Assembly: GCF_006345805.1 (NCBI RefSeq) | Contig: NC_043011.1 | Location: 4,960,001-5,024,000 of the forward strand | Length of the DNA stretch: 64,000 nt | Reading direction: 5' to 3' | Origin: Octopus sinensis | Lineage: Eukaryota | Shown here: one piece after another, positions 1 through 12,543 of the stretch | Position numbering within the stretch: the first letter of the stretch is position 1 | How the letters are laid out: the number at the start of each line of letters is the position of its first letter | The notes under the pieces: generated by a model | The model's database searches: none | The model's input: the letters and a program-made list of their open reading frames with translations, nothing else | What the model was told of the DNA's origin: nothing | Made by a program: the position numbers and the translations under genes

Positions 1-174
1 ACTTCACTTGGCACCACAGGAGACGTTCTCTACAATCTATCATTTCGTTCTTACTTCTTCAACAATGCAATCAATCCATTTATTTATGGTATTTTCAATC
101 TCCGCTTTCGGAAAGAACTTTTTATTTTATTGGATAACATCTTTGGTGCGTGTTGCTGCAAAAACAATCCATGA
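1..174 (+). CDS. 3' end of a class A GPCR (TM7, helix 8, short C-tail); gene begins upstream of the window
   Basis: Frame 1 manual translation: TSLGTTGDVLYNLSFRSYFFNNAINPFIYGIFNLRFRKELFILLDNIFGACCCKNNP*. It has NPxxY, helix-8 FRKEL and a Cys cluster, and closely matches the TM7 of 10953-12044 (RSYFMSCVANPFIYGLLNIRFRREL). Confidence 0.88.
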   Translation, partial: TSLGTTGDVLYNLSFRSYFFNNAINPFIYGIFNLRFRKELFILLDNIFGACCCKNNP

Positions 175-587
175 AAATAAAAATTTGACATTTTTGAAAT
201 TCATCAAATTTCTCTTCGTAAAATGTTCATCCTTCATTTCCGGAAAAAATCTTGGCATTCCAGATCGTCTGGAATACGAACTTCCCTGTTCGTTACATAC
301 AAAGATCTATAATTCCTTATTCATCTTTTACAGAACTGTGGTTGTTCTTTCATAGATTTGGTTTCATAGAATTGGTTTTAGCTTGATTTTTCTTCGATTG
401 TGGACCAAAAGTTTGAATTAACGATTCCTTTATATGTTCTGCTAAAAAAAAAAAAGCTACAGAACAGAAACAGGAAAACTTCCTCTGTAAAAATTGCATT
501 ATCAACTATTCATTATTTAATGGAAACAGAATGGATAACCTGGCAGAACTGATTAATGGAAATCATACATACAACCATACACACACT

Positions 588-642
<55 letters not shown>

Positions 643-819
643 GAACGGTCATTTCAATTCAGTACAAAAGCTGGAAAACGGTATCCCATCCTCCTTCAGA
701 CTGAAATCCCCAAAATTATTTTACGCTCACACACACGCGCGCGCCGGCGTACAGAAAAACACATACATTTACTCACACACACCATTCTTATACGACATCT
801 AGAGATTTCTGTTTTGCCA

Positions 820-1400
820 GCTACTGGACAGTTGATGCATTATCTATAGCTACTGCCACCTGTCGGACGCTATTCAGATAATCTACTACTAATGCCAACT
901 ATCACATAATATCTACCATTAGTGCCATCTATCTTTAAAAAGATTATTGTTCCTGCCATTTATCGAACATTCGCCGCATCATCTTATCACTATTACTACT
1001 ACTATTATTATCGATATTTATCGAACATACGACGCATTTTCTTCTATACTGCCATTTACGTGGCATTTGACACATTATCAACTAATGCTGTGCTAGCTAT
1101 CAAATAGATGGTTACATCCTCTCACAGGTCAGTGACACCTAACGCCATCTATCGGATAGTGAGTTCCGCAGATCATATTATTATCAGTGCCATCAGAAAT
1201 TTTACTCATCTACAACTGCTGACACCGACCGGTCAATGGACTGGTTAATTGTCGATTGACGAAGGACATTTAAATGGTCACTACTGCTGTTTAGTGAATA
1301 TTTGATGCATTTATTACCAAACATTTTACCCATCTGCTGCTGGTGCTATCTTTTGAAATATTTCACACGTCTACTATCACTGACGCCACACGTCTACTAT
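820..1400. repeat. Degenerate minisatellite-like tract
   Basis: A core resembling ctactrctrrtgccatctatc recurs at irregular spacing of about 30-55 bp. Confidence 0.4.
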
Positions 1401-3007
1401 TTTTATTTAGTGCCTTCTAAAGCGGCGAGCTGGCGGAAACGATAACATGCCGGACAAAATGCCTTGTGACATTTCTTCCAGTTTTACGTTCAAGTTCCGA
1501 CGGTATCGATTTTGCCTTTCATCCTTTCGAAGTCGATAAAATGAGTACCAATTGAGCCCTCGGGTCGATAGGGTCGACCTTCTTCACCTCAAAACTGCTG
1601 GTCTTGGGTCAACATTAGAAAAAAAAATTTAGTGCCTACAGCCGTCTAAAGGGTGTTAGTTACCTTTTATTGTGCTACTTTCTCTCGTTGACAGCAGACA
1701 CACCCATTGCTACTCCCATCTCGTGCACAGATGACATAGCTTCTATAACAAGTTTGTACAGTATTGACAATAATCGCAAGTTTGTTCATATTTTCTACTG
1801 ACTTCAAATGTCAACCCGTTGCAAGGTCATTGAATAAATGTGACAGAACAAAAAAAAAAAAACTTTGTATATTTCTGTAAATTGTGGTCACAGAATAAAT
1901 TTGAAGTCAAAATTTTCATCATTCTTTTTCTTTTTGTTTTGATGCTCCGTTTAACAAAAACTTTTCTAATTCTCAGTTTAAGTTCAAAAGCTGCTTAGGT
2001 CAGCTATTTTTAAACCTCAAGTGCTAGCGAGCCAATTAATTGCTAATAACAAAATGAGTTGACTAATGGAAACTCCCTCTGAAAAAAAAAAAACAAAAAA
2101 AACTAATTGCCACCATATATTTCTTTTATCCTTTACTTGAATGCGTATCTCAGCCATCACTTGACAACTGGTGTTGGCTTGTTGACGCCCCTGTAACATA
2201 GCAATTCAGCAAAATGAGAGCGATAGAATAAATACTAAGCTTAAAAATAAGCAATGAGGTCGATTTATTCAACTAAGTCATTCAACGCAGTGCACCAGCA
2301 TGGCCGCCGTCCACTGACAGAAACACGTAAAAGATAAAAGTGAAGATAAACTCCTGAGTTTAAATTCCACCAATGTTAAGTTTGCTTTTCATCGATTCAA
2401 GAGCTGGTGAAAATTCGAACGAATAATATACAAATAATACCATGAAACTTTTCACCGCTCAAACTATTTGTAAGAAAGTTTAGTTGTCCATAAATTATCT
2501 TTACAATTATGTACACCCCAAATTGCAAAGGTAATTTACGGACACCATATTTTCATAAGACGATGCAGAGAAATAATAGCATCACTCCTTATTGATTGTC
2601 TAACAGTGTTGTGTTTGGTTCCTTTACGCTGGGGTCAATTTTACTTTCATTCCGTGTCGTGTCAAATAATTATTACCAGTACGATCTTGTCTTTACACTT
2701 TACGAAAGAAAGGGTCTCCTTATCTTTTTTAGTTTTCTAGTTTCGCTCATTGGACTGCTTAGACTCTGCCTTGAAGGTGTATTTTGGAAGAACAGATCGT
2801 TCCGAAAACATTTTTTTTTTTATATAGGACTCGTAATTTATGCTATTGGTCATTTTTGCCGAACCCCTCGCTTACAGAGATATATGCAAACGAACTCAGG
2901 CTGTCAGGCAGTGTGAGAAGTGCAACAAACACGGAAACAAAGGAGCACGTGCGCGCGCACATACACACGCGCACACAGGTGTATCTGTGTGTGTGTATAT
3001 ATATATA

Positions 3008-3047
<40 letters not shown>

Positions 3048-3085
3048 TACAATGTTATATATTATATATACATATATATACATAC

Positions 3086-3121
<36 letters not shown>

Positions 3122-3158
3122 CATATATATACATACATATGTATATATATATATATAT

Positions 3159-3192
<34 letters not shown>

Positions 3193-3200
3193 AATATATA

Positions 3201-3936
3201 CATCACTCTCGCTACTATGCCACCCTGCGGGACTGACCCAAAGTGGCATAGTACCGAGGGTCTGTTATCTAAACACTACATAACCAAAAATTTACTGAAT
3301 ATAAGAATAAAAATTCATAGGGTAGGAAGTAAGGCCAATAAGAAGTTCAATGCAATGGTAGAAAGAAGACATCCAAGTTTATTAAGTTCAGATTGCTTTT
3401 AGTTAATCCCGAAGCTCTCAAAGATTGTCGGCTGACGCATCTTCTTTCGGCGGATTTCATTCATTTCGTTGTCTAGCCTATCACAAGCCTGCATGACGCT
3501 GGGTTTTCCGCTGCTCTGCTGCTGCATAAACTTTCGGATAGTGCTACATGCTCTCTGGGCATCTGCAAACGGAACGTATTCCTCTTCCACAATTACCTCG
3601 TCGTCTTCACTTTCCACCGGCTCTTCGTTATGCATTACCTCCTTTGCTATTTCTTCTAGAGTGAAACATGTCGGACAATACAAGGGCGGTAACTTGTATC
3701 AGATATTACTAATGATACGAGGGGCCCGACAATAACGTTTTTCGCAGCATCGACAATCTCCTTCTTTTCCTTCAGCGTAAACTCAGTCCGCTTGCGTTGC
3801 TGAGCTGACATTGTGTGCTACTTTCTGAACTTTTCCACAAGATTACAAATGCGAAATGTACAAAATGTAGGAGTACAAAATTTCGAAAGTTGCATGCGCT
3901 TCAGTTTACAAGTGGCATAGTAGCGAGAGTTGACTG
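3201..3936 (-). mobile_element. Internally deleted pogo/Tigger DNA transposon
   Basis: TIRs: CAGTCAACTCTCGCTACTATGCCAC on the minus strand from 3936, with a degenerate match at 3201-3223; TA flanks. Minus-strand N-terminus MSAQQRKRTEFTLKEKKEIVDAAK (from 3811, CENP-B/psq-like HTH start) is joined to an acidic C-terminus ending KMRQPTIFESF. No DDE domain lies between them. Confidence 0.85.
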
Positions 3937-3994
<58 letters not shown>

Positions 3995-4112
3995 TATGTG
4001 TGTGGTGGTGTGTGTGTGTGTGTGTGTGTGGTGTACATATATATATATCAGGTGTATCTGTGCGTGTATATATTATATATAATACAATATATACATACAT
4101 ATGTATATATAC

Positions 4113-4177
<65 letters not shown>

Positions 4178-4184
4178 ATATATA

Positions 4185-4470
4185 GGGAGAGTTTACGAAA
4201 AAACAAAAGACGAAGACAGATGGTGTACAAAACAAACAGATGTATTAGTATAACGCTCAGGAATAGAAAAAGTATTTTACGTTTCGAGCCTACGCTCTTC
4301 TACAGAAAGGGACACAGAAAAAACAAGGAGAGAAAAAAATTATGTGTAGTGGCTAACGATCTATCATGGCGACTGACTTCGGACAGAAGTGTCACACACG
4401 AGAGGGAAAGTAGGGGAGATAACAAAGTAAAGATTCCCCCCACAACACGAAGGTGCGTGTGTGTATAAGA
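4185..4470 (-). mobile_element. Probable Penelope-like element terminal fragment with degenerate hammerhead-like core
   Basis: Minus strand reads CTGTAGA-AGAGC-GTAG-GCTC-GAAAC (about 4280-4305), a hammerhead core layout with a mismatch in CUGAUGA. A similar motif occurs on the minus strand near 44905-44930. Confidence 0.4.
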
Positions 4471-4952
4471 GAGTATGTATGAGCGTGTGAAAGAGGGCTG
4501 GTGGTCTGGACGTGTGAGTGTATGTATGTGTAGGTGGGAAAATGTGGGGATGGGTGTGTGGGTGGTGCTTTGTGATGTGATGTATAATGTTGTATAGTGT
4601 AGTGTGGGTTCGGCTGAGGGTTGGGGTAGAGTTGGGATTTATGGGTAGGCATAGGGTGGGGGTAGAGATGGGATATGTGGGAGAGGGTGTGTGGGATAGG
4701 ATGGGGGATGGGATGGGGGGATGGGAAGGTGGAGTAGGAATGTGTAGGGGTGGGTGGGCTTATGGGGGAGGGGAAGGTTGGTATGTGAGGAGAGAGAGGA
4801 GGAGAGAAGAGAGAAAGAGAAGAGAGAAAGAGGGAAGAGAGAAAGAGAGTGTGTATATATATATATGTATACATATATATATACATACATACATCTATAT
4901 ATATATATACATATATATATATATACATACATATATACACATATATATATGC

Positions 4953-5008
<56 letters not shown>

Positions 5009-5074
5009 GTGTGTGCGTGTTTCTGTGTAATCTGCCGGAAACTGTGTGGAGTCCCGTCGTATATACCTATATAA

Positions 5075-5151
<77 letters not shown>

Positions 5152-6729
5152 ATACATACATACGATGTGATTACACACAGTTTCCAGCTACCAAATTCAC
5201 CCGGCATTGCTCGGTCCGGGGCTACAGTAGAAGACACTTACTTAAGCACACGGTTGAAAAATTATCTTCTTAATCACACAGCCATGACAAAGGTACAATT
5301 CTCACATCAACTTGTCTCATCTTATAGTTTGTGTTAATGTAAAAATTATACATATTTATTTCTGATTTAGTAGGCCCACGAAGAAAAACACGAATGCTCC
5401 AGGCGTGTTGAAGTTTCAATCCATTATCTATCTCGGTGATGTCCATTTTATTTCAATTATGTCGCTACTGGTTTCTTCCAAAAATATGTATGAAGATCAT
5501 TAAATCATATTTGAACTCCCTTATTAATTAGGGTACAGTGCAGAAAAATGGATGTCCACTGTAATTGAGGCCACCATTTAGGTTCGATCTCATATAACTA
5601 TTTCAGATTACTTAAGACAATAACGTTCTCTACTAAAACTTGTTTTAAAAAAACATGTAAATATAGGGGTATAGAAGTGAAGGTGCGAGCAGTCATGTGA
5701 CTCCAGGTTCAATCCCACTTCGTGACACCTTGCGCAAGTGTCTTATAATCTGGTACCAATAAAAGCTTTGTAACTGGATTCGATAGACGAAAAATGGAAG
5801 ATGCCCGTTATATGTGTGTGTGTCTGCATTTGTTCCTCCTTACCGCTTGACAACCGGTGCTGGTGTGTTTAAGTCTCCGTATACTTAGCGGCTCGACAAA
5901 ATAGATCGATAGAATAAGTACCAGGCTTTAAAAGAAAAGAAAAAACTGCGTTCAATTCATTCGCCAAAAAAAAAAAAAAAATCTTCAAGGCAATGCCCCA
6001 GTATGACCACAGTCAAATGACTGAAACAAGTAAGTAATAAAAGATTAAAAAAAGCAATTACTTGATGAATATTAAACTGGACCACAGGTCTTTGTTCAAC
6101 GTTTCAAACGAACTACCTGCGTTCTGATGAGTGCTGGCACTAGGAATCTTTACTCCACATTGCTTTGTTACACTCGGTTATTGTAAAAGACGTTAAAACT
6201 CTGGAGTAAGATATTGGCAACTTCGTCAATGACAGATTTACTTCTCGTTAGCCTAATGCCGCAGAAATGGTTGTTGTTTTCATTTCAATTTTGTAATGAT
6301 TATCTTTTATTCTATATCTTTTCTTTGCTTCAGTCATTGGACGGCAGCCATGCTGGAACACCGCGTTGAAGGGTTCAGTCAAGGAAATCGACCCCAGTAC
6401 ATTTTTACATTTTTTTTTTCGAAGCCTGTCACTTTGGCCGAACCATTAACTTACGATGACATAAACAAACCAACAACGGAGGTCAAGCGATGGCGGGGAC
6501 AAACCCAAATATAAAGACACACACACACACATACAATGGGCTTCCACACAGTTTTCGTTTACCGAACTGGTTGGATCAGGACTATAGTAGAAGTCACGTG
6601 CCCAAGATGACGCGCAGGGGAACTGAACCAGAATCCAAGTGGTTACAAAAATGCGAGCTTTTTAACCACACAGTTATGACTGCGCCTTATGCTTATCTAC
6701 TTACCTATTTATTTTCCTAGAGAGGGATG

Positions 6730-7080
6730 TCTAGAGAAAGAAGTCGTATCCATTGACCTTCGTAGGGCCCCTGAGAACGGTGAGATCACGTGATTAACAT
6801 TCCTCAATGAATATCGAGGATTGCAGGGGGAAAGAATATTTAAAGTGCAGGTCGAAAATTTTAGAGAGCCGACGAACTAGAGAAATGGTGGACACAATAA
6901 GGGTAGCGGGGAGGGGAGAGAGTGAAGGAGGAATAACTGGTTGGAGGTGGTACGATGTCAGCCGAGCCGACGTGTAGAGGCCACTGTAGTAGAGAGAGAA
7001 AAAGAAAAGTTAGAGAGGGAAGGAGTGAAGGTAATATGTCGGAGGGTCAGAAGTTGTAAATCCAACTAAATGCCATCGAA
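6730..7080 (-). mobile_element. Degenerate CR1/Jockey-group LINE 3' relic
   Basis: Minus strand contains a SLYYSGLYTS-like segment resembling the post-RT SLFYRYYNG region; heavily decayed. Confidence 0.4.
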
Positions 7081-7103
7081 TATGATGGAGCTGAAATACT
7101 CCC

Positions 7104-7519
7104 GGATCTTTTCGGTTTGAACGGCAGTTTTTTCTAGCAGCGTCATATGAAATTGTCACCCATAATTATGACCCTAGTATCGATCTATTGCATTTCAATC
7201 TGTTTTAGGGTTAGGGTTAGGGTTAGGGGCGAAGGGTATATTTTTTTCTTCACAAATGTAAATAAACCCAGTCTGTTTCTTAAACGACGGAATATTCATA
7301 CGGCACAGAATGTTTTCACCTCAATAGACGTCATTGATTGGTTGAAATTGCAGAAATTGAAGAAAAAAAACAACAAATATCTTACAAAAAAGATTTTTCT
7401 CAATAAAGCCAAGAAAAAAAGATGTTTTATAAACACATTCTACCAGTATACGATGTTTAAAAGTGTTTAGTTACGTGGAAATTATTTTAAAGAAACTGCC
7501 GTTCAAACCGAATCGATCC
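7104..7519. mobile_element. MITE with GGATC...GATCC TIRs and internal TTAGGG repeats
   Basis: Left end ggatcttttcggtttgaacggcagttt matches the reverse complement of the right end (ggatcgattcggtttgaacggcagttt). (TTAGGG)x3-4 at about 7204-7227. The right part is homologous to the right arm of 45147-46002. Confidence 0.78.
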
Positions 7520-7748
7520 AAGTAAGCATACAAAGGAGACAGGTGGAAGTGGACAGTTGCAATTTTCTAATACTTCAGGGGCTCAGAGCAAAATGTAAAA
7601 CCAACTTTGTTCAATTCCAGATTATCGCTATTGTATTAGACCATAGTACGTTTGAAAACTCTACCGACTCTTCAGTACTGGTGGTACAAAACAGAAGTGA
7701 TATAGAGAATGAAAGCGTTGTAGCTGACACACAGTAAATATATTACAT

Positions 7749-8159
7749 AGGCGCAGGAGTGGCTGTGTGGTAAGTAGCTTGCTAACCAACCACATGGTTC
7801 CGGGTTCAGTCCCACTGCATGTCATCTTGGGCAAGTGTCTTCTGCTATAGCCCCGGGCCGACCAGTGCCTTGTGAGTGGATTTGGTAGACGGAAACTGAA
7901 AGAAGCCTGTCGTATATATGTATATATATGTATATATGTATGTGTGTTTGTTTGTGTGTCTGTGTTTGTCCCCCTAGCATTGCTTGACAACCGATGCTGG
8001 TGTGTTTACATCCCCGTTACTCAGCGGTTCGGCAAAAGAGACCGATAGAATAAGTACTGAGCTTGCAAAGAATAAGTTCCGGGGTCGATTTGCTCGACTA
8101 AAGGCTGTGCTCCAGCATGGCCGCAGTCAAATGACTGAAACAAGTAAAAGAATAAAGAG
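7749..8159 (+). mobile_element. tRNA-derived SINE family A (CORE-like), full length
   Basis: A-box-like TGGCTGTGTGG and B-box-like GGTTCAGTCCC; CORE-like ATCTTGGGCAAGT; internal (TA/TG)n; tail GAAACAAGTAAAAGA. More than 10 full or partial copies in the window. Confidence 0.9.
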
Positions 8160-8965
8160 TATACCCGTGTCGCCAAAGATGACAACAGTTTTATTATTCT
8201 CCTGCTTCTCAACATTTTGTTTCTCTTCTACTATTTTCTTCTCTTCTTTTAAACAACTCTAGACTTTTTTTATAAAGAAATCTACAAGTATGTCTACGAG
8301 TGCTTGTGAATCAGCAACTACATCTACAAGTGATGGTGTGAGCGTGTGAAAGCGATTCAGAAAACTATTATAAAATATATCTTTATTATAAATGGTCTTG
8401 CCATTCCTTTCACACTTTCTATAAAATATTCTTTACATTCTACTGTTGTATTATCGCCATTCATTTACGAATATTATAAATTTCATAGTTTAAATATCTT
8501 TTGAGAACAAATTACGATATATAACATTACTACTATGGGAGATTGTTGCTCTGCTTTTCGAGTTTTTGCTTTACCAGCGGCCTCTGGGTACAAAGTAACT
8601 CGAATGTCGAGGCTTTACTGTATATTCTATAATTATAAAGCAGCGAGCGGACAGACTCGTTAGCACTCTCAGCAAAATGCTAGTTAGCATTTCGTCCGTC
8701 CCTACGTTCGGAGCTTAAATTCCACCGAGGTCAAGTTTGCTTTTCATTCTTACGAAGTCCATAAAATAAGTACTAGTTGAACACTGGGGTCGATATAATC
8801 GACTCTGTCCCTTCCCTGAGACTTGAACACTGGGGTCAATAAATCGACTTACCCCCTCAGCCGAAATTGCTGGACTTATGCCAAAGTTTGAAATTGCTAT
8901 ATTTTATAATCATATGAATTGTATGTCGGCTGCCAAGGCTCTTCCCTGTGTAAACAATGCTTATA

Positions 8966-9003
<38 letters not shown>

Positions 9004-10952
9004 TTTGTCTGTCTGTTCCCTATGCATTCTCAAACGGCTCTACCAAATCAAATCAGATTTTACAAAGTGATAGTATCAGACCCCGAGATTGTCAACATGT
9101 AATTTTTTTCATTTGAATTAAAACAATATAAACATTGGGACTGGTTCGGTATTCTTTCAATTTTCATTTTAATGTGATAACTAAGCCTATATTATTTCAC
9201 TTTTATTCACATTCAATTCTAATGTGATAACACCAAGGTCATCTTATTTCTATAATATTTATGATACTTTCCCCAGTTTAATCAAACGCATGCTGCAGCA
9301 CATCGAATGGGGTCTCAAGACAGTAGGGAGATGAGACTTTCCCAAGATCAGCAAAGGTAGTGGATACTTTCAGCGTTCTTGGCCCCCGAACCATATCCAT
9401 TACACATTAAGCTGAGGAACACACGTTTGACGAAACAATGTTTTTCCATCGACGAACCGAACCTTTATTCTTATTGATAAACCAAAGATTAAATGGTACA
9501 ACACACCACCTTCTCTTGGCCTCAGAGACCATGAGTGTTTGAAGGAGCCGCGGGACCATGGGTGCTGCAGCATGAAGCAGTGCATGAGTATATACCGAGC
9601 TAACCTTAGGCTAACCTTATAGACTCCTTGGATTGATTCTAGGTTATGGTGGCAGACCAATGCTATAGGTGTCGCAGAAGGAGGTTGAATCCAGAGGCAT
9701 GTGATGTCACTGTGGACTTCAACTACTTAGCAACACGATTATGCATATGCCCATGATAATGATACACCACTATGGGACTGGACAATTGTATGTTAAATGT
9801 ATTGGGTAGAGTAATATGCTGGTAATAAAACACAAACGCATGATTATCTTAGTTTTGTATTATTTTTGTTTTAGAATTACTCTATCCGGTGTGTCCTTCC
9901 TTTCTCAGTGTAATCCGAGTCGTTCAAAGAGTTTCTTTTTTATTGCTAAAGGAGGAGGTGGAGCTGCTCGGCAGGTTGGTGCAATACTGATATGTCTATG
10001 CACTGTGAACAAATCGACGAGGTGATAAGAGATTGATACTATTCGAACGTTTGTTCATAGTTTGAGCATTATAGAAGCTCAGCAACTGATCGGGGCTGAA
10101 ATATTTTCTATTTCTAACGAGCCAATCTAGTCTTTGAGTTACGGTTTTCGCATGAGAAGGTATCATGCGAGATCGTCAGTGATTAAAAAAATTAGTATTT
10201 GTAACAATTTGAGTATCATAACTGTAGTGTTTACAGAAAACCTGTGTTTATAACGGTTCGTACAATTTACTAAATAGTTATGATATGTACGTGTACCAAG
10301 GGGTTTCCTGGATTTATATTTTTTATATTATTTTTCTTTCGTATCTTTCTTGTCAGTTCGACTTGGCTTCATAAAATACATTTTTATCACATAAGTCTCA
10401 TAGTTATCATTTACGCCTTTGTTTTATTATCAAGGACATTATTATAACGTCACAATGGCGTCACATCCGGATTTCAAATAATTCGATAAATGCTTTAACT
10501 TCTTGCAGAAGTTTTAGTCCAAGAATGGAACATATTTCTTATTATACTAATAGAAATCCAACGATTATATGTTGCCTCAGAATAGTAAATAGATATTTCA
10601 TTACACAGTTAGAATATCTTCTAATCATAAAATCAAAGCAACTTGCAGGGATTTAAATTTTAACGACACCATTTACAAATATCTACATTTTCACATTTAT
10701 AAATAATATTCCAAACATTTTCTCTTTTAGCCATATTAATCAATCTACATCAGTTTAATATGTTGCCTTTAAGTGGAATATTCTAAATTTTTGGAACTAC
10801 AATATTTATATATCAGTATCTTTTACAAATCCTGAAAATTTTATCATACTCTATGAGAACTCAAAGGTTTTCTTCAAAATTTTCAAAGCACATTTCATGG
10901 AAAAAGCCGTAAGGAAGACGTGGATATATCTTTGACATATTGACATCGATAC

Positions 10953-12044
10953 ATGGACCAGGAAAGTAGAGATAGAACTTTATTTAACTTAAATAATGAG
11001 CAATTAGTTGTAAATATACCTGTGATATTTTACGTTTCAGTATGTTTGACATTAGGTACTCTCGGAAACGGCGCTGTAGTTTATATATTTTATCGAAAAA
11101 TGAGGAGAACGGCAACAAATCTTTTTGTGGCAGCTCTTGGCATATGTGATTTACTATGCTGTACAATGTATATGCCTTTTGACATTATTTCTCTACGTTT
11201 CTCGTTGACCTTTTATAGTGAATTCCTGTGTCATTTGGAAAATTTTAGTTTCGCTATAGGAACAATATTGGCCGCAGGAATTATCTTCTGTATAGCAGTA
11301 GAAAGATATTTGCGAGTGTGCCAACCTTTTCGGAGACATATATCTCGCCGCCTGGCAATGAAAATGGTGCCTTTAATGTTTATAATCTCCTTCTTGTTAT
11401 CCATACCCGCAGTTTGGGTTTTCGGCAAAAGAACGATATGGACTGGCGTACGCGGAATTACTGTAGAAGTTTGTTCGTATGCTGAGGACAATATTCATGA
11501 AATCTACCCTCTATATTATTATTGCACATTGCTAGGTTTGAATCTCTTTGTTTTTAGCATTCTCATGGTACTGTATTACCGTATTGCGCTGTGTGTTTGG
11601 AGATATAAGAGAAGAAGGATGAAAGAATTACAGAAAATAAATGAACGTACAAGAGAACCTTCAGAAGAAGAAGAACCCAACGAGATGGAGGAAAGGGTTA
11701 CTGTGCCGCACGTTACAATGAAACCATATAAGATTGATCAACTTAACGAAGCATTTAAAGAAAAAGAAAAGTTAATTAAAAAAACAAATATAGTATTTTT
11801 TATCGTTTCATTAGTCTGGATTGTCAGCTATTTGCCTCATTATATTGCAACCCTGTGGACAATCGTTCATAGACGTGGAGTTTATACAAAAAGCAAAAGT
11901 TATGTTCCATACGAACTAGCAATTCGTTCATACTTCATGAGCTGCGTTGCCAACCCATTCATTTATGGACTTTTAAATATCCGCTTTCGGAGAGAATTAT
12001 GTAAAATATTTGAGAAAATCTTTCGCCGAGGTAAGTATAGCTAG
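10953..12044 (+). CDS. Class A GPCR, 363 aa, peptide-receptor-like, uninterrupted ORF
   Basis: Seven hydrophobic segments; TM1 GN, TM2 LGICDL (D2.50), TM3 Cys and AVERY, ECL2 Cys (EVCSY), TM6 SYLPH, TM7 NPFIYG, helix-8 RFRREL. Confidence 0.95.
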   Translation: MDQESRDRTLFNLNNEQLVVNIPVIFYVSVCLTLGTLGNGAVVYIFYRKMRRTATNLFVAALGICDLLCCTMYMPFDIISLRFSLTFYSEFLCHLENFSFAIGTILAAGIIFCIAVERYLRVCQPFRRHISRRLAMKMVPLMFIISFLLSIPAVWVFGKRTIWTGVRGITVEVCSYAEDNIHEIYPLYYYCTLLGLNLFVFSILMVLYYRIALCVWRYKRRRMKELQKINERTREPSEEEEPNEMEERVTVPHVTMKPYKIDQLNEAFKEKEKLIKKTNIVFFIVSLVWIVSYLPHYIATLWTIVHRRGVYTKSKSYVPYELAIRSYFMSCVANPFIYGLLNIRFRRELCKIFEKIFRRGKYS

Positions 12045-12129
12045 TATTGATAGAAAATCTGAATTTGCAATGAACTTGAACATCATGTGGCTGATTTTTT
12101 TTTTCCTACATATAACTATGTATTGTAAA

Positions 12130-12543
12130 GGCGGCGAGCTGGCAGACACGTTGGCGCGCCGGGCGAAATGCTTAGCGGTATTTCGTCTGTCGTTACGTCC
12201 TGAGTTCAAATTCCGCCGAGGTCTACTTTGCCTTTCATCCTTTCGGGGTCGATAAATTAAGTACCAGTTACGCACTGGGGTCGATATAATCGACTTAATC
12301 CGTTTGTCTGTCCTTGTTTGTCCCTTCTGTGTTTAGCTCCTTGTGGGTAGTAAAGAAATAGGTATTTCGTCTGTCGTTACGTTCTGAGTTCAAATTCCGT
12401 CGAGGTCGACTTTGCCTTTCATCCTTTCGGGGTAGATAAATAAAGTACCAGTTTCGTACTGGGGTCATTGTAACCGACTTAATCCCTTTGTATGTCCTTG
12501 TTTGTCCCCTCTATGTTTAGCCCCTTGTGGGCAATAAAGAAAT
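12130..12543 (+). mobile_element. tRNA-derived SINE family B (Deu/Nin-domain-like), dimeric copy
   Basis: Head GGCGGCGAGCTGGCAGA...GAGTTCAAATTCC, then GACTTTGCCTTTCATCCTTTCGGGGTCGATAAATTAAGTACC. A second unit restarts at ggtatttcgtc at 12361. Confidence 0.85.

Noticed and set aside
8-355. 115-aa ORF from the track
   Set aside because: Alternative-frame overlap of the real GPCR C-terminus in frame 1; no recognisable motifs.
2784-5337. Many YI/HT/CV-rich ORFs here and throughout the window
   Set aside because: Translations of (TA)n, (CA)n and (TACA)n microsatellites.
7540-8500. Possible fifth, highly decayed GPCR (IIAIVLDH, FYKEIYKYV, SPFIY fragments)
   Set aside because: Motifs are short, in different frames and lack TM1/TM2 signatures; not distinguishable from chance in AT-rich DNA without a tBLASTn search.
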